Position numbers and translations under genes: made by a program. Source: Narcine bancroftii (Eukaryota). Taken from it: a stretch of 64,000 bases of DNA. Numbering within the stretch: position 1 is the first letter of the stretch; the number at the start of each line of letters is the position of its first letter. Location of the stretch: assembly GCF_036971445.1 (NCBI RefSeq), contig NC_091471.1:329282001-329346000 (forward strand), written 5' to 3'. Under the pieces are notes generated by a model that was not told the DNA's origin, made no database searches, and saw only the letters and a program-made list of their open reading frames with translations. Below are positions 63,845 through 64,000 of the stretch, piece by piece.

Positions 63845-64000
63845 GTATGGATCCCAGACCGGTGGGAAGAGTCTCCTGACAAAACCCCCCCTCAATCTCC
63901 CCTCTCCCTACCTTTCTTCCTCCCTCACCTATCTCGGCAATTCCCCCCCCCCCCCCCCCACCAGCATTCTGTGGCTTACACACACATCTGTTGATGCTCG

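Overview
Vertebrate nuclear DNA, most likely a cartilaginous fish, judged from the CR1, V-SINE, Penelope-like and L1 repeat complement. About 27 kb (1-25423 and 28693-30650) is a complex, strand-asymmetric GA-rich satellite, and all long ORFs there are low-complexity artefacts. The satellite is interrupted by a ~3.3 kb ORF1-only L1 derivative (25424-28692). In it, almost all of ORF2 is replaced by a C-depleted segment carrying a recognisable fragment of host HSP90-alpha coding sequence, and it also holds a nested inverted L1 insertion. Next is a complete + strand rabenosyn-5 (RBSN/ZFYVE20)-like gene: ZNF143-motif CpG promoter near 34 kb and 11 GT-AG coding exons at 35123-47569 giving 649 aa. 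It is short and divergent, and may be a second, genome-duplication-derived paralog. Downstream is the 5' part of a WDR45 (WIPI4) gene on the + strand. A full-length 5.9 kb L1 sits where two and a half exons are missing, its poly(A) tail abuts the rump of a broken exon, and the surviving flanking exons can still splice in frame. Protein assignments rest on my translations compared from memory with human sequences; no database search was run.
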